Positions 27,249 to 37,419 of a stretch of DNA of 64,000 nt are shown one piece after another. Numbering within the stretch: position 1 is the stretch's first letter; each line of letters begins with the position of its first letter. A model generated the notes under the pieces. That model did not search any database, was not told the origin of the DNA, and saw only the letters and a program-made list of their open reading frames with translations. The DNA is from Treponemataceae bacterium (GTDB lineage Bacteria; Spirochaetota; Spirochaetia; Treponematales; Rectinemataceae), in assembly GCA_963667725.2 (NCBI GenBank), contig CAXXHO010000003.1, positions 416,001 to 480,000 on the forward strand, read 5' to 3'. The position numbers and the translations under genes were made by a program.

Positions 27249-29045
27249 ATGATTACGATTCATGAACTGCGAAGTAAATACATAGAATTCTTCAAATCGA
27301 AAGGCCATGTCGAGATCAGCGGCAAGTCCCTTGTCCCCGAAAACGATCCTTCGGTTCTTTTCACGACGGCCGGCATGCATCCTCTGGTCCCTTATCTCCT
27401 CGGCGAACCTCATCCGGCGGGCAAGAGGCTGACGGATTACCAGAAATGCATCCGGACCGGCGACATCGAAGAAGTGGGCGACGAAAGTCATCTCACCTTT
27501 TTCGAAATGCTGGGCAACTGGTCCCTCGGCGATTATTTCAAGAAGGAGTCCATCGCCTTTTCCTGGGAATTTCTCGTCTCCCCGAAATGGCTCGCTCTCG
27601 ATCCCGCGAAGATTTCCGTGACGGTGTTCGCCGGCGACGAGAATTCGCCCAGGGACGAAGTCTCCGCCGATGCTTGGAAATCCCTGGGCATGCCGGCCGA
27701 CCGGATAGCCTACCTTCCCGCCGGCGACAACTGGTGGGCAGCCGGTTCCGTCGGCCCCTGCGGTCCCGACACCGAGATTTTCATCTGGACCGGCGAGGGA
27801 CTGCCTCCCGCCGGCTCCAACAAGGGTACCGATCCCAAGCGCTGGATGGAAATCTGGAACAATGTCTTCATGGAATTCAATCGCGTGGACGAAAAGACCC
27901 TCGTGAAACTGCCCGCCCAGAACGTGGACACGGGCATGGGACTCGAGCGGACCGTGGCCATGCTTCAGGGCAAAAAATCGGTCTATGAGACCGAGGCCTT
28001 CACGCCCATCCTCGAAACCCTGGGACGTCTCGCGGGAAAGGCTTACGGAGCTCTCGGAAACGATCCCGAGCTCGACCGCAGCTTCAGGATAGTTGCCGAT
28101 CATGTGCGCACGGCCACCTTCATCCTGGGTGACCCGAAAGCCGTCCTTCCCTCCAACGTGGGAGCGGGCTATGTTCTGAGGCGCATCATAAGGCGGGCGG
28201 TGCGGCATGGCCGCAAGCTCGGCATCGAAGGCGCCTTCCTGTCGATTCCCGCCGAAGGCGTGGTCGAGAACTACGCGGTTCCCTATCCGGAGCTAGTGGA
28301 GAACAAGGCGCGCATCCTCGACGAGCTTCGCGGCGAGGAGGAAAAATTCCTCGAAACCCTGATCAAAGGCGAGCACGAATTCCAGAAGATGCTGCCCAAT
28401 CTTCTCAGGAATCCCCAGAAAATAATGTCGGGGCGCCTGGCCTTCAAGCTCTACGACACCTATGGCTTCCCCATCGAGCTGACCGAGGAAGTGGCGGGCG
28501 AAAATGGCCTTACGGTCGACAGGGCGGAATTCGATGAGGCCTACAGGAAGCACCAGGAACTATCCAGGGCCGGCAGCGAACAGACTTTCAAGGGCGGCCT
28601 GGCCGATCATTCCGAAATTTCCACGAAGTACCACTCCGTCACCCATCTCATGCAGAAGGCGTTGAGGATCATTCTGGGCGACCACGTGGCGCAGAAAGGC
28701 AGCAATATCACCACGGAGCGTGTTCGCTTCGATTTCTCCCACCCCTCGCCGATGACCAAGGAAGAGATCGCCAAGGTTGAGGAGATCGTCAACGAGCAGA
28801 TTCGCCGCGACTTGCCCGTGACGATGGAGATGATGAGCCTGGACGAGGCGAAGGCCGCGGGCGCCATCGCGCTGTTCGGCGAAAAGTATGAGTCGGTGGT
28901 GAAGGTCTATACGATGGGCGATTTTTCGAAGGAAGTGTGCGGCGGTCCCCATGTGGCCCATACCGGTCTTCTCGGAAAATTCAGGATCCAGAAAGAGCAG
29001 TCTTCCAGCGCCGGCGTGCGCAGGATTTATGGTATTCTCGAATAG
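27249..29045 (+). CDS. alaS: Alanine--tRNA ligase, short form
   Basis: DPSVLFTTAGM, QKCIRTGD, HLTFFEMLGNWS, DTGMGLER, GYVLRRIIRRA; editing HSVTH and CGGPH motifs; no C-Ala domain. Confidence 0.96.
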   Translation: MITIHELRSKYIEFFKSKGHVEISGKSLVPENDPSVLFTTAGMHPLVPYLLGEPHPAGKRLTDYQKCIRTGDIEEVGDESHLTFFEMLGNWSLGDYFKKESIAFSWEFLVSPKWLALDPAKISVTVFAGDENSPRDEVSADAWKSLGMPADRIAYLPAGDNWWAAGSVGPCGPDTEIFIWTGEGLPPAGSNKGTDPKRWMEIWNNVFMEFNRVDEKTLVKLPAQNVDTGMGLERTVAMLQGKKSVYETEAFTPILETLGRLAGKAYGALGNDPELDRSFRIVADHVRTATFILGDPKAVLPSNVGAGYVLRRIIRRAVRHGRKLGIEGAFLSIPAEGVVENYAVPYPELVENKARILDELRGEEEKFLETLIKGEHEFQKMLPNLLRNPQKIMSGRLAFKLYDTYGFPIELTEEVAGENGLTVDRAEFDEAYRKHQELSRAGSEQTFKGGLADHSEISTKYHSVTHLMQKALRIILGDHVAQKGSNITTERVRFDFSHPSPMTKEEIAKVEEIVNEQIRRDLPVTMEMMSLDEAKAAGAIALFGEKYESVVKVYTMGDFSKEVCGGPHVAHTGLLGKFRIQKEQSSSAGVRRIYGILE

Positions 29046-29099
29046 CTTAAGGCGCGCGGATAGGTGGGAGGCTTCTTCGCTTCGCCGCTGACCGCGCGT

Positions 29100-29441
29100 T
29101 CAGTTGATTCTGCGAAGGCCCTGGTATGCCGTGTTATCGTCCTCAAAGACGATGCGGAGTATCCATGGGCCTTCGGTTTTTTCTCCCTCCCACCATACCT
29201 GCCGGATAAAATCCTCGAATCCGTCCTCCACCGTCTGATAGTCGGCTTTTCGCCACTGGAAGAAGACGTATTCGCCGGCGGGAATACCGCGGGCTTGGCC
29301 TTGCGGCATGGCGAGAGGTCGTCGCAGGGTAGGACCGGCGTTCCGGTCATCTACGATTATATCATCGGGTTCGAAGGTCCAGATGCCTTCTTCCGAAAGC
29401 GCTGAGCCGAGGTGGAGGCACAGAAGGCGTGGGTCGCTCAT
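29100..29441 (-). CDS. Hypothetical protein, possible partial GyrI-like fold
   Basis: Protein-like composition (IPAGEYVFFQW); TTGAAA-17-CAGAAT-6-ATG directly upstream. Confidence 0.6.
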   Translation of the reverse strand: MSDPRLLCLHLGSALSEEGIWTFEPDDIIVDDRNAGPTLRRPLAMPQGQARGIPAGEYVFFQWRKADYQTVEDGFEDFIRQVWWEGEKTEGPWILRIVFEDDNTAYQGLRRIN

Positions 29442-29560
29442 GGCTGGATTCTGAAGGATTTTTCTTCGCTTTTCAAGCCTTGCCGGAATAACCGCCGACG
29501 GAATCCGGTCTTTCCCGGATATCTGGAAATAGTGCCTGTTTGATGGTATCCTGCCGGAAC

Positions 29561-31477
29561 ATGAGTCTTCTGGAAACCATACGATCGCCCGAGGATGTCA
29601 AGAAGCTCAAGGAATCCGAGCTTCGCTGCCTCGCGGAAGAGATACGACATAAAATAGTGGACACTGTCAAAGCGAATGGGGGACATCTGTCCTCCAACCT
29701 GGGCGTGATCGAGCTGAGCATAGCGCTTCACAGGGTGTTCGATTCGCCGCGCGACGCCATTGTCTGGGATGTGGGGCATCAGAGCTATACGCACAAGCTT
29801 CTCACCGGCCGCGCGCAGCTTTTTGGCAGAATTCGCAAAAAGGGCGGACTGTCGGGCTTTCCCAAGCGTTCGGAGAGCATCCACGACATTTTCGACACCG
29901 GGCACTCCTCGACATCGATTTCATCGGCCTTGGGGCTTCTCGAAGCGAGGAAACGTTCGGGGAAGGACGGTCGCGTCATCGCCGTCATCGGCGATGGGGC
30001 CCTCACGGCGGGCATGGCATATGAAGGCCTGAGCAATGTCACTCAACTCAATCTCCCTCTCATCGTCATCCTGAACGATAACAAGATGTCGATCTCTCCC
30101 AATGTGGGGGCGATTTCCCGCTATCTTTCCCGGCTCTCCGCCAGTGTGCATTATCAGAGTTTCCGAAGGAAGATAGATACCTTGGTGGAAGCCATTCCGC
30201 ATTTTGGCGGTTTTTTCCTCGACATGATCGTGCGCGGAAAGCGCGCCGTGAAGGCTATCTTCTTCAAGGAAAATCTCTTCTCCGACCTGGGATTCGAATA
30301 TGTGGGTCCCATCGACGGCCACAATATTCCTGTCCTGATCAGCGTGCTGAATCAGGTCAGAAAACTGGAACGTCCGGTGGTCGTCCATGTCGTCACGACG
30401 AAGGGCAAGGGATTCGAAAAGGCCGAGGAGGATCCAGAGAGCTTCCATGGTGTTTCGCCTTTTCGTTCGGGTCCCGCACAAACCCAACCCACCTTCACCG
30501 AAATATTCGGGAAGGCGATGGATGAGATGGCTTCGGAGCGAGGCGATCTTGTCGCCATAACGGCGGCCATGGCCAAAGGCACCTGCCTTGACCTGATGGC
30601 GAAAAAATTCCCCGCCCGCGTGTACGATGTCGGGATCGCCGAGCAGCACGCGGTCACCTTCGCCGCGGGCCTGGCCACGGGGGGACTATCTCCCGTGGTA
30701 GCGATCTATTCCACCTTCATGCAGAGGGCCGTGGACCAGGTGCTCCACGATGTCGCGTTGCCGAATCTCCATGTGGTGTTCGCCCTGGACAGGGCCGGCG
30801 CCGTTGGCGAGGATGGGGAGACGCACCAGGGATTCTACGACATAGCGCTTTTTAAGGCTTTGCCGAACATGACGATGCTGGCGCCATCGAGCGCCGCGGA
30901 AATGAAGGCTTTCCTGGGTTATGCCTTGGCGCAGCGAGGTCCCGTCGTCATTCGCTATCCCAAGGCGCGGATAGCCCGCGACGATAATCCCGGCGCTCCC
31001 GCGGCGCTGTCTGCCTTGATAACCGGCCGCGGGGAATTCCTCCGCAGGACTCCCGGAGCCTCCTTGCTGGTCTGCGCTTTGGGGCCTATAGCGAGGAGCG
31101 CGGCCAGCGCGATCGACCGGCTTGCCGCGAAAGGTATCTATGTCGATCTTTATTCCCTCCGCTTCGTCTGCCCGATAGACGAAGCTTATCTCGCGGAGGT
31201 CTGCGGGCATTACGCCGAGATCGTCACGGTGGAGGAAGGTTCCAAGTCGGGAGGCGTGGGGGAAACGGTCGCGTCGATTTTATCCCGAAAATCCGTGGGC
31301 GCGGGGATCACCACGCTCGGCTTCAACGTCTTACCCTCCGCGCAGGCGTCACGCGACGAACTCCTGCGAGAGGCCGGTCTCGACGAGGACGGGCTGTATT
31401 CCACGATCGGGAGAATGGCTGCCGACACAAAGGGCACGAGGCTGTATGAAACGATATCTTTCGCTGCCCGGGGCTAG
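29561..31477 (+). CDS. dxs: 1-deoxy-D-xylulose-5-phosphate synthase
   Basis: GGHLSSNLG, WDVGHQSY.HK, GDGALTAG..YE.L..LNDN, GPIDGH, DVGIAEQHAV. Confidence 0.96.
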   Translation: MSLLETIRSPEDVKKLKESELRCLAEEIRHKIVDTVKANGGHLSSNLGVIELSIALHRVFDSPRDAIVWDVGHQSYTHKLLTGRAQLFGRIRKKGGLSGFPKRSESIHDIFDTGHSSTSISSALGLLEARKRSGKDGRVIAVIGDGALTAGMAYEGLSNVTQLNLPLIVILNDNKMSISPNVGAISRYLSRLSASVHYQSFRRKIDTLVEAIPHFGGFFLDMIVRGKRAVKAIFFKENLFSDLGFEYVGPIDGHNIPVLISVLNQVRKLERPVVVHVVTTKGKGFEKAEEDPESFHGVSPFRSGPAQTQPTFTEIFGKAMDEMASERGDLVAITAAMAKGTCLDLMAKKFPARVYDVGIAEQHAVTFAAGLATGGLSPVVAIYSTFMQRAVDQVLHDVALPNLHVVFALDRAGAVGEDGETHQGFYDIALFKALPNMTMLAPSSAAEMKAFLGYALAQRGPVVIRYPKARIARDDNPGAPAALSALITGRGEFLRRTPGASLLVCALGPIARSAASAIDRLAAKGIYVDLYSLRFVCPIDEAYLAEVCGHYAEIVTVEEGSKSGGVGETVASILSRKSVGAGITTLGFNVLPSAQASRDELLREAGLDEDGLYSTIGRMAADTKGTRLYETISFAARG

Positions 31478-32327
31478 AACCCTCGAACTCGGAGTACGCC
31501 CGGTCATCATGGGCATCGTCAACGTGACGCCCGATTCTTTTTTCATCGAGAGCAGGCGCCTCGATCCTCTGGAGGCGGCCGATAGAGCCTTGTCGCTTAT
31601 CAGCAAAGGGGCGGATATCCTCGATTTCGGCGCCGAGTCGACGAGGCCCGGCTCGAATCCTGTCGATCCTGAAGAGGAGAAGCGAAGGCTCATCCCCGCC
31701 ATAAAACAGTTCAGAAAACGCTCCGACGCCATTATTTCGGTGGACACCAGGCGCGCCGATGTCGCTGCGGCGGCCCTGGGCGAGGGGGCTGATATCGTGA
31801 ACGACATCGGCGCGCTCGGCGACCTTGGCATGGCTTCCGTAGTGGCGCGTTATGGCGCGGCCATCGTGCTCATGCATATGCGTGGCGATCCGGCGACGAT
31901 GCAGGAGAGCCCGCGCTATGATGACTGCGCCGCCGAAGTGCGGGATTTTCTCGACGCGGCGGTCCAAAGAGCGCTCGAGGCCGGCATTTTACCGGCCGGC
32001 ATCATCCTCGATCCCGGTATCGGCTTCGGAAAGCGGCTCGAACATAATCTTGATTTGCTCGAAAGGCTTTATCTCCTGACCGAATCCGGCTATCCTATTC
32101 TTGTGGGGCTGTCGAGAAAGCGTTTTATCGGCGAAATCACCGGCAAGCCCATTGAAGAAAGGCTCGCGGGGAGCCTAGGCGCCGCCTGCGCGGCCTGGGC
32201 GCGGGGAGCCGATATCTTCAGGGTTCACGATGTCGCGGCGACGCGGGACGCGCTCAAGGTTTTTGACGAGGCGGCGCGGCGCGACCCTGAATCCGCATTC
32301 GGCATAAGGAGACCTGATGGACCTTAA
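31446..32327 (+). CDS. folP: Dihydropteroate synthase
   Basis: MGIVNVTPDSF, GAESTRPG, LMHMRG, DPGIGFGK, GLSRKRF, RVHDV. Confidence 0.96.
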   Translation: MKRYLSLPGARTLELGVRPVIMGIVNVTPDSFFIESRRLDPLEAADRALSLISKGADILDFGAESTRPGSNPVDPEEEKRRLIPAIKQFRKRSDAIISVDTRRADVAAAALGEGADIVNDIGALGDLGMASVVARYGAAIVLMHMRGDPATMQESPRYDDCAAEVRDFLDAAVQRALEAGILPAGIILDPGIGFGKRLEHNLDLLERLYLLTESGYPILVGLSRKRFIGEITGKPIEERLAGSLGAACAAWARGADIFRVHDVAATRDALKVFDEAARRDPESAFGIRRPDGP

Positions 32328-33120
32328 CGGCCTGGCTTCTTTATTCTCAACCTATGTACGGCCCGTTCTCGATGTCCTCCTTTTAGCCTATCTCATCTAT
32401 AATACCTACCAGATTCTGGTTAAGACGCAGGCGATTCAGCTCGTCAAGGGAATTCTGCTCCTCACCGGCATCTACGCCCTGGCCTTCTTCCTCCAGCTCT
32501 CCACGGTTACCTGGATATTGGGGATCGTGGCGCCCGGACTGGTCATCGGCCTCACGATCATCTTCCAGCCTGAATTGAGGAAGATCTTCATGCACTTGGG
32601 ACAGGGAAGGCTTTTCCGGACGAACCGACAGCCCAGGGCCAGCCAGATCGAGGCTTCCGCAACCGCATGCGAGATACTTGCCCAGATGAAGCGCGGCGCC
32701 CTCATCGTGTTCAGCAGGAATGTCGGCTTGAAGGAAATAATCGACAAGGGAATCAGGCTCGACGCCGTGCTTACCACGAGTCTCCTCGTCACGGTTTTCG
32801 CCCATGACAATCCCCTCCATGACGGCGCGGCGATCATTCAGGAAGGCCGTCTCGCCGCCGCCGCGTGCTTTTTGCCGCTCTCCAACCAGCAGGATATCAA
32901 GAAAAGTTTCGGAAGCCGACATCGCGCCGCTCTCGGCATCACCGAGGAATCCGACGCCGTCGTGCTTGTCGTGTCGGAAGAGACTGGCGCTCTTTCCCTT
33001 GCCTACGACTCCAAGCTTTACTATGGACTCTCGGGAGAACAGCTGAGGGTACGCCTCGCGAAGCTTCTCGAGGGCGAGGCGATGGAATCGGCCGAGGAGG
33101 AGAAGCATTATGAAGCTTGA
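32317..33120 (+). CDS. cdaA: Diadenylate cyclase CdaA
   Basis: Three N-terminal TM helices, FQPELR, PLHDGA, GSRHRAALG, VSEETG. Confidence 0.94.
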   Translation: MDLNGLASLFSTYVRPVLDVLLLAYLIYNTYQILVKTQAIQLVKGILLLTGIYALAFFLQLSTVTWILGIVAPGLVIGLTIIFQPELRKIFMHLGQGRLFRTNRQPRASQIEASATACEILAQMKRGALIVFSRNVGLKEIIDKGIRLDAVLTTSLLVTVFAHDNPLHDGAAIIQEGRLAAAACFLPLSNQQDIKKSFGSRHRAALGITEESDAVVLVVSEETGALSLAYDSKLYYGLSGEQLRVRLAKLLEGEAMESAEEEKHYEA

Positions 33121-34153
33121 TCGCTTCTTCAAGCTCACCTTCGCCGACTGGCCGGCGAAGGTGCTCTCCCTGGCGGTAGCCCTCCTTCTTACCCTTTTCT
33201 TCAATCTCACCCGTCTGGAACAGAGGACCATAAACATTCCGCTCACGGTCTCCCTCAATGACGAGATGGCGCCTTCCAGTCAATACCCGCGCATGGTGCG
33301 GGTCATCCTTCGCGGCGAACGCGATGTCATCTATAGTATTCGCGAGGATGAAGTCTCCGCTTCCCTGGACCTCGCGGAATACAAGAACGAAGGCGTGTTC
33401 AAGGCACCCATACGTCTCGAAAAACGGGGGAACGCTCTTACCGCCGATCCTCTCGAGATCCATCCCGAACCTTCCGAGATAGCCATCGGCCTGGAGAGGA
33501 GAATGGCGAAGAAGGTGCCCGTCACTCCTTCGTTCAAGGGATTTCTCGAATCCGGCTTCGAACTCACTACCTTCGACCTGGTGCCATCGGAAGTGACGGT
33601 CTCCGGACCCGCTGGGCTCGTCGCGCGCACCACAGAAGTCTCGACCGACACGATCGAGCTGAGCGGGAAGAAATCGGATTTCACCGCCAATGTGCGTCTT
33701 CTCAAAAAGGAAAGTCTCCTTTCGCTGGATGGAAAGGAGACGGTCATTTTTTCCGCGAAAGTGCGAAAGTCCCTCGACATCAAGAATTTCGTCAATATAA
33801 AGATCTATCCTCAGGGCCTGAGCGCTTCGCTTGAAATCACGGATATCCTGCCCACGGGCAACGTGCGGATGCATATTCCGGAAGAGGCTATGGGCAATTT
33901 TGACCAGAATGCCTTGCTCAGCATTGACCTTTCCACGCTTACCAAACCCGGAACGTATATGCTTGATGTCGCCGTCTCGGCACCCGAGGGCGCCGTGGTG
34001 GAAACCTTCGAACCGCAGACCCTTACCATCAGCCTCAGGTCAGCCGGATCCGGATCGGGAAGTCAGTTGTCCGGATCGATTCCATCGTTGCCGTCCCCTA
34101 GCCTTTTCGGCGCGCCTCAGCAGCAGGCGGCCCCGCAGGCCAATGGCTTCTAA
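33110..34153 (+). CDS. cdaR: CdaR/YbbR-like regulator of CdaA
   Basis: W.AKVLSLAVA single TM followed by YbbR-like repeats (P..V.V.G); directly after cdaA. Confidence 0.82.
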   Translation: MKLDRFFKLTFADWPAKVLSLAVALLLTLFFNLTRLEQRTINIPLTVSLNDEMAPSSQYPRMVRVILRGERDVIYSIREDEVSASLDLAEYKNEGVFKAPIRLEKRGNALTADPLEIHPEPSEIAIGLERRMAKKVPVTPSFKGFLESGFELTTFDLVPSEVTVSGPAGLVARTTEVSTDTIELSGKKSDFTANVRLLKKESLLSLDGKETVIFSAKVRKSLDIKNFVNIKIYPQGLSASLEITDILPTGNVRMHIPEEAMGNFDQNALLSIDLSTLTKPGTYMLDVAVSAPEGAVVETFEPQTLTISLRSAGSGSGSQLSGSIPSLPSPSLFGAPQQQAAPQANGF

Positions 34154-34177
34154 TCTTTCTTCGTTCAGGAGTCCAGA

Positions 34178-34564
34178 ATGATCGCCGGCATTGGCATAGA
34201 TATAGTTCACGTCAGCAGGATCCAGCGCTGGATGACCACGCCGGGGCTGGTGGAGCGTTTTTTCCATCCGATGGAGATCGCGGATTCGGCCTCCCGCGGC
34301 GCGGGCCGCGCTTTGTCTTTGGCTGCCCGTTTCGCCGCGAAGGAAGCCTTTGGCAAGGCTCTCGGTACGGGGCTGGCGAAGATGAAGCTGAAGGATATCT
34401 TCGTGAGGAACGATCACAATGGCCAGCCGTTCATCATCCTGGAGGGTACAGCCTCGGCGCGCTTCGCGCAGTTGGGCGGCGGTAAAGTACACTGCTCGCT
34501 TACCCATGAAGGCGAAAACGCGGTGGCCCTGGTAGTGATCGAGAAAGAAGCGGGCGGGAAATGA
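34178..34564 (+). CDS. acpS: Holo-[acyl-carrier-protein] synthase
   Basis: GIGIDIV, LAARFAAKEAFGKALGTG, G.P, SLTH. Confidence 0.95.
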   Translation: MIAGIGIDIVHVSRIQRWMTTPGLVERFFHPMEIADSASRGAGRALSLAARFAAKEAFGKALGTGLAKMKLKDIFVRNDHNGQPFIILEGTASARFAQLGGGKVHCSLTHEGENAVALVVIEKEAGGK

Positions 34565-35463
34565 CCAGAAGGCCCATTCAGCTCGTCGTTTCTTACGACG
34601 GCACCGATTTCGCGGGCTGGCAGCGCCAGAAAAACGCGCGTTCCGTGCAGGAAGAGATAGAAAAAGCCCTCGAGAAAATGCATGGGCATCCTGTTCGCCT
34701 GACCGGGGCCGGCCGCACCGACGCGGGCGTTCACGCACTGGGCCAGGTGGCCGGATTCTTTACCGATATCGCGTCCATTCCCGCCGAAAAGTTTCTTCTC
34801 GCCCTCAATAAGCTGCTGCCGCGCGACATACGCGTCCTGTACGCGGGCGACGCGCCTCGCGATTTCCACGCGCGTTTCGATGCTTCGTTGAGGAGATACA
34901 GGTATTTCTTCCTTTGCTCCAGCCATCAGGACGCTTTTTCCCAGCGTTATGCCTGGTGCCTTTCCCGCCAGCCCTCCATCGGCAAGCTCAACGCCATGGC
35001 TTCGGTCATCGTGGGAGAGCATGATTTCTCGGCGTTCGCCTCCGCCAAGGACATCAGCGTTTCGAAATCCAGGTTCATCCAGGATTCCAGCTTCTGGTTC
35101 GAGGGCGGCAAGCTTGTCTATCAGGTTTCGGCGAACGCTTTTTTATGGCGCATGGTGCGTTCCCTCGTCGGCACGATGATTTTTTTCGAATCTAAGGCCG
35201 CCACCGAGGCCGACGCGGCTAAACTGATGCTGGATATACTCGTCAGCGCGGACAGGAAGGAAGCCGGTCCGACCGCTCCTCCTTACGGGCTCTTCCTCTG
35301 GAATGTGGAATACGGCCCGCGCGCCCACGGACATCAGCGCCAACGGTCTCAGGATGAGGAACCTGGGGAAGATCTTTCCGATGAAGTCTCGACCGGCCTT
35401 CAGACCGCCAGGCTCGTCCCAGGCATCGGATTCGTGGATGAAACCTCGATTTTACGCGGCTGA
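34561..35463 (+). CDS. truA: tRNA pseudouridine(38-40) synthase
   Basis: YDGTDFAGWQRQ, GAGRTDAGVHA, FHARF, FLWRMVR, TAPPYGL. Confidence 0.95.
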   Translation: MTRRPIQLVVSYDGTDFAGWQRQKNARSVQEEIEKALEKMHGHPVRLTGAGRTDAGVHALGQVAGFFTDIASIPAEKFLLALNKLLPRDIRVLYAGDAPRDFHARFDASLRRYRYFFLCSSHQDAFSQRYAWCLSRQPSIGKLNAMASVIVGEHDFSAFASAKDISVSKSRFIQDSSFWFEGGKLVYQVSANAFLWRMVRSLVGTMIFFESKAATEADAAKLMLDILVSADRKEAGPTAPPYGLFLWNVEYGPRAHGHQRQRSQDEEPGEDLSDEVSTGLQTARLVPGIGFVDETSILRG

Positions 35464-36257
35464 GGCTGGATCCCCCTGGCCGCCAGGCCGCCGACGATGG
35501 AGGGGAGGAGGCTGTTCTTGAGCGCGGTGAGATTCTCCTGGAGGAACCAGGTGCCTACGAGGACGCTGGTTCCGTCGGGGGTCACCGCGTCGAGAAGAAT
35601 CAGCGGCGCGGGATCCTTGAGCGCGAGGGGCTCGGCGTCGATCGCCGAGCGTATCGCCGTTGCCGCCGCGGCATAATCGCAGCCATTGGGAATGCTGAGC
35701 CAGAGATCGAGCCGACGCTGGGGATAGTACGAGATATTGACGATATTGGATTTGATGAGCGTTTCGTTCGGCACCCGGATGAGTCGGTTGTCGAAGGTCC
35801 TGATTCTGATGCACATGAGATCGACGGTTTCCACGACGCCTGAGGTTGCGTCTATCTGGACCGTGTCGCCAATTTTGAAAACCCCTTCGGAAAAAAGGAA
35901 GAGGCCGGATATGATATTGGCGACCGAAGTCTGGGCGGCGAAGCCCAGCGCTATACCCGCTATTCCCGCGGCGCCCAGCAAGGCCGAGATGTCGAGCCCC
36001 GCTCTTTTGCTGGCGGTAAGGAACACGATGATGTTCCCGCCGTATTTGATGACATTTTCCAGGATCAAGGCGCTGCGGTTGGGCAGTCGTCCCTTCCTTG
36101 AAAATCTTTTTATTGCGTTGAATAATAGACGCACGGCGCCGAGGCCGACGACAAGTATGATAAGAACCGAAAAAACCGTGGTGACGGTTTTTGCCGAGAC
36201 CAGTTCGCCGAAAGCTTCGGATATGGACTGTATCCAACCGTGGACCTTTGTGTTCAT
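35400..36257 (-). CDS. mscS: Small-conductance mechanosensitive channel family protein
   Basis: GIAGIALGFAAQ..VANIISG, FKIGD, G.VE, IRTFDN..IRVPN. Confidence 0.9.
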   Translation of the reverse strand: MNTKVHGWIQSISEAFGELVSAKTVTTVFSVLIILVVGLGAVRLLFNAIKRFSRKGRLPNRSALILENVIKYGGNIIVFLTASKRAGLDISALLGAAGIAGIALGFAAQTSVANIISGLFLFSEGVFKIGDTVQIDATSGVVETVDLMCIRIRTFDNRLIRVPNETLIKSNIVNISYYPQRRLDLWLSIPNGCDYAAAATAIRSAIDAEPLALKDPAPLILLDAVTPDGTSVLVGTWFLQENLTALKNSLLPSIVGGLAARGIQPQPRKIEVSSTNPMPGTSLAV

Positions 36258-36294
36258 GACTGAACTATAAAGCAGCGGCAAGGCGAGAGGAATA

Positions 36295-37323
36295 GTGTCC
36301 GATAAAAAGAAAAAGAAAAAAAACGCCGCGGGCCTTTCTTCCCTCGCCCCTGGTAATGAAGCTTCGGCCATTCAGGGCAGGGAACGCTCTTGGACCGGCC
36401 TGGTCGAGGCGGGCGATGGGGAGAGGGCTGACAAGTACATCGCCGAGATTGCCGGAATCCTGAGTCGTTCCCAGATCAAGGCGCGGGGAGCCAGGATCTT
36501 CGTCAACGGAAAGGAAGAAAAACTCTCACGGCGTCTGGCCTCCGGGGATCGGATCGAGGTGGCATGGACCGATGAGCCGAGCCACAGCCTGAAACCCGAA
36601 AAGCTGGATGTGCAAATCCTCTATGAGGACGAGAATGTCTTCGTGTTCGATAAAGCGCAGGGGATGGTGACGCATCCCGCCAACGGCAACTGGAGCGGAA
36701 CGCTGGCCAACGCGGCCGTATGGCTCGACGCCGAGCGAAAAGGCGAGGGCGAGGCGCCGCGCGGCGGCATAGTCCACAGGCTCGACAAGGACACTTCAGG
36801 CGTCATAATCGTGGCCAGAAATACCGAAACCCACGAGTTTCTCGCGTCTCAATTCAAAAACCGGAGCACTCGAAAGGAATATTGGGCAATCGTGCGAGGT
36901 TCTCCGGCGGGTAACGCCGGCCACCTCGAAAATTGCCTGACCCGCGACAAGTACAACCGGAAAAAATTCGTGGGGAATGAATCACAGGGGAAACGCGCCG
37001 TAACCGATTATCGCGTACTGGCCCGCTGGTCGGTCGAGGGCAGGCGAGACTACGCTCTCGTCGCCCTATATCCCAAGACGGGGAGGACTCATCAGCTCAG
37101 GATCCATATGTCGGGAATGGGCTGCCCCATATTGGGCGATCCACTTTATGCCCAAAGCGATTTCTTTTTCCCGGATGCCACGCTTATGCTGCACGCGAGG
37201 CGCCTCCGGATAGTCCTGCCCGGCTTCGCCGAGCCCATGGTCTTCAAAGCCCCGACGCCCTCGCGTTTTCTCGCCATGCTCGCCCTCCTTGAAAAAAAAG
37301 GGCGCAGAGTTCATAGGACATGA
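36295..37323 (+). CDS. rluD: RluA-family pseudouridine synthase with S4 domain (RluD-like)
   Basis: RADKY..SRSQ S4 region, GIVHRLDKDTSG, TGRTHQLRIH, ILGDPLY. Confidence 0.88.
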   Translation: MSDKKKKKKNAAGLSSLAPGNEASAIQGRERSWTGLVEAGDGERADKYIAEIAGILSRSQIKARGARIFVNGKEEKLSRRLASGDRIEVAWTDEPSHSLKPEKLDVQILYEDENVFVFDKAQGMVTHPANGNWSGTLANAAVWLDAERKGEGEAPRGGIVHRLDKDTSGVIIVARNTETHEFLASQFKNRSTRKEYWAIVRGSPAGNAGHLENCLTRDKYNRKKFVGNESQGKRAVTDYRVLARWSVEGRRDYALVALYPKTGRTHQLRIHMSGMGCPILGDPLYAQSDFFFPDATLMLHARRLRIVLPGFAEPMVFKAPTPSRFLAMLALLEKKGRRVHRT

Positions 37324-37356
37324 AAAAGCCCCCCGGGCGGCCATCGGGGGGCTTTT
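37324..37356. terminator. Bidirectional intrinsic terminator
   Basis: AAAAGCCCCCCG...CGGGGGGCTTTT between convergent rluD and RRM genes. Confidence 0.8.
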
Positions 37357-37419
37357 CTCGCATCGACCAGGGATTTACTCCCGGGTCGGCGCGATTTTCA
37401 CACTACGCTTTGAAGACGA

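Noticed and set aside
29027..29441. Programmed frameshift or pseudogene from two overlapping minus-strand ORFs
   Set aside because: 29100-29441 is complete with its own promoter; 29027-29350 reads as an off-frame shadow and runs into alaS.
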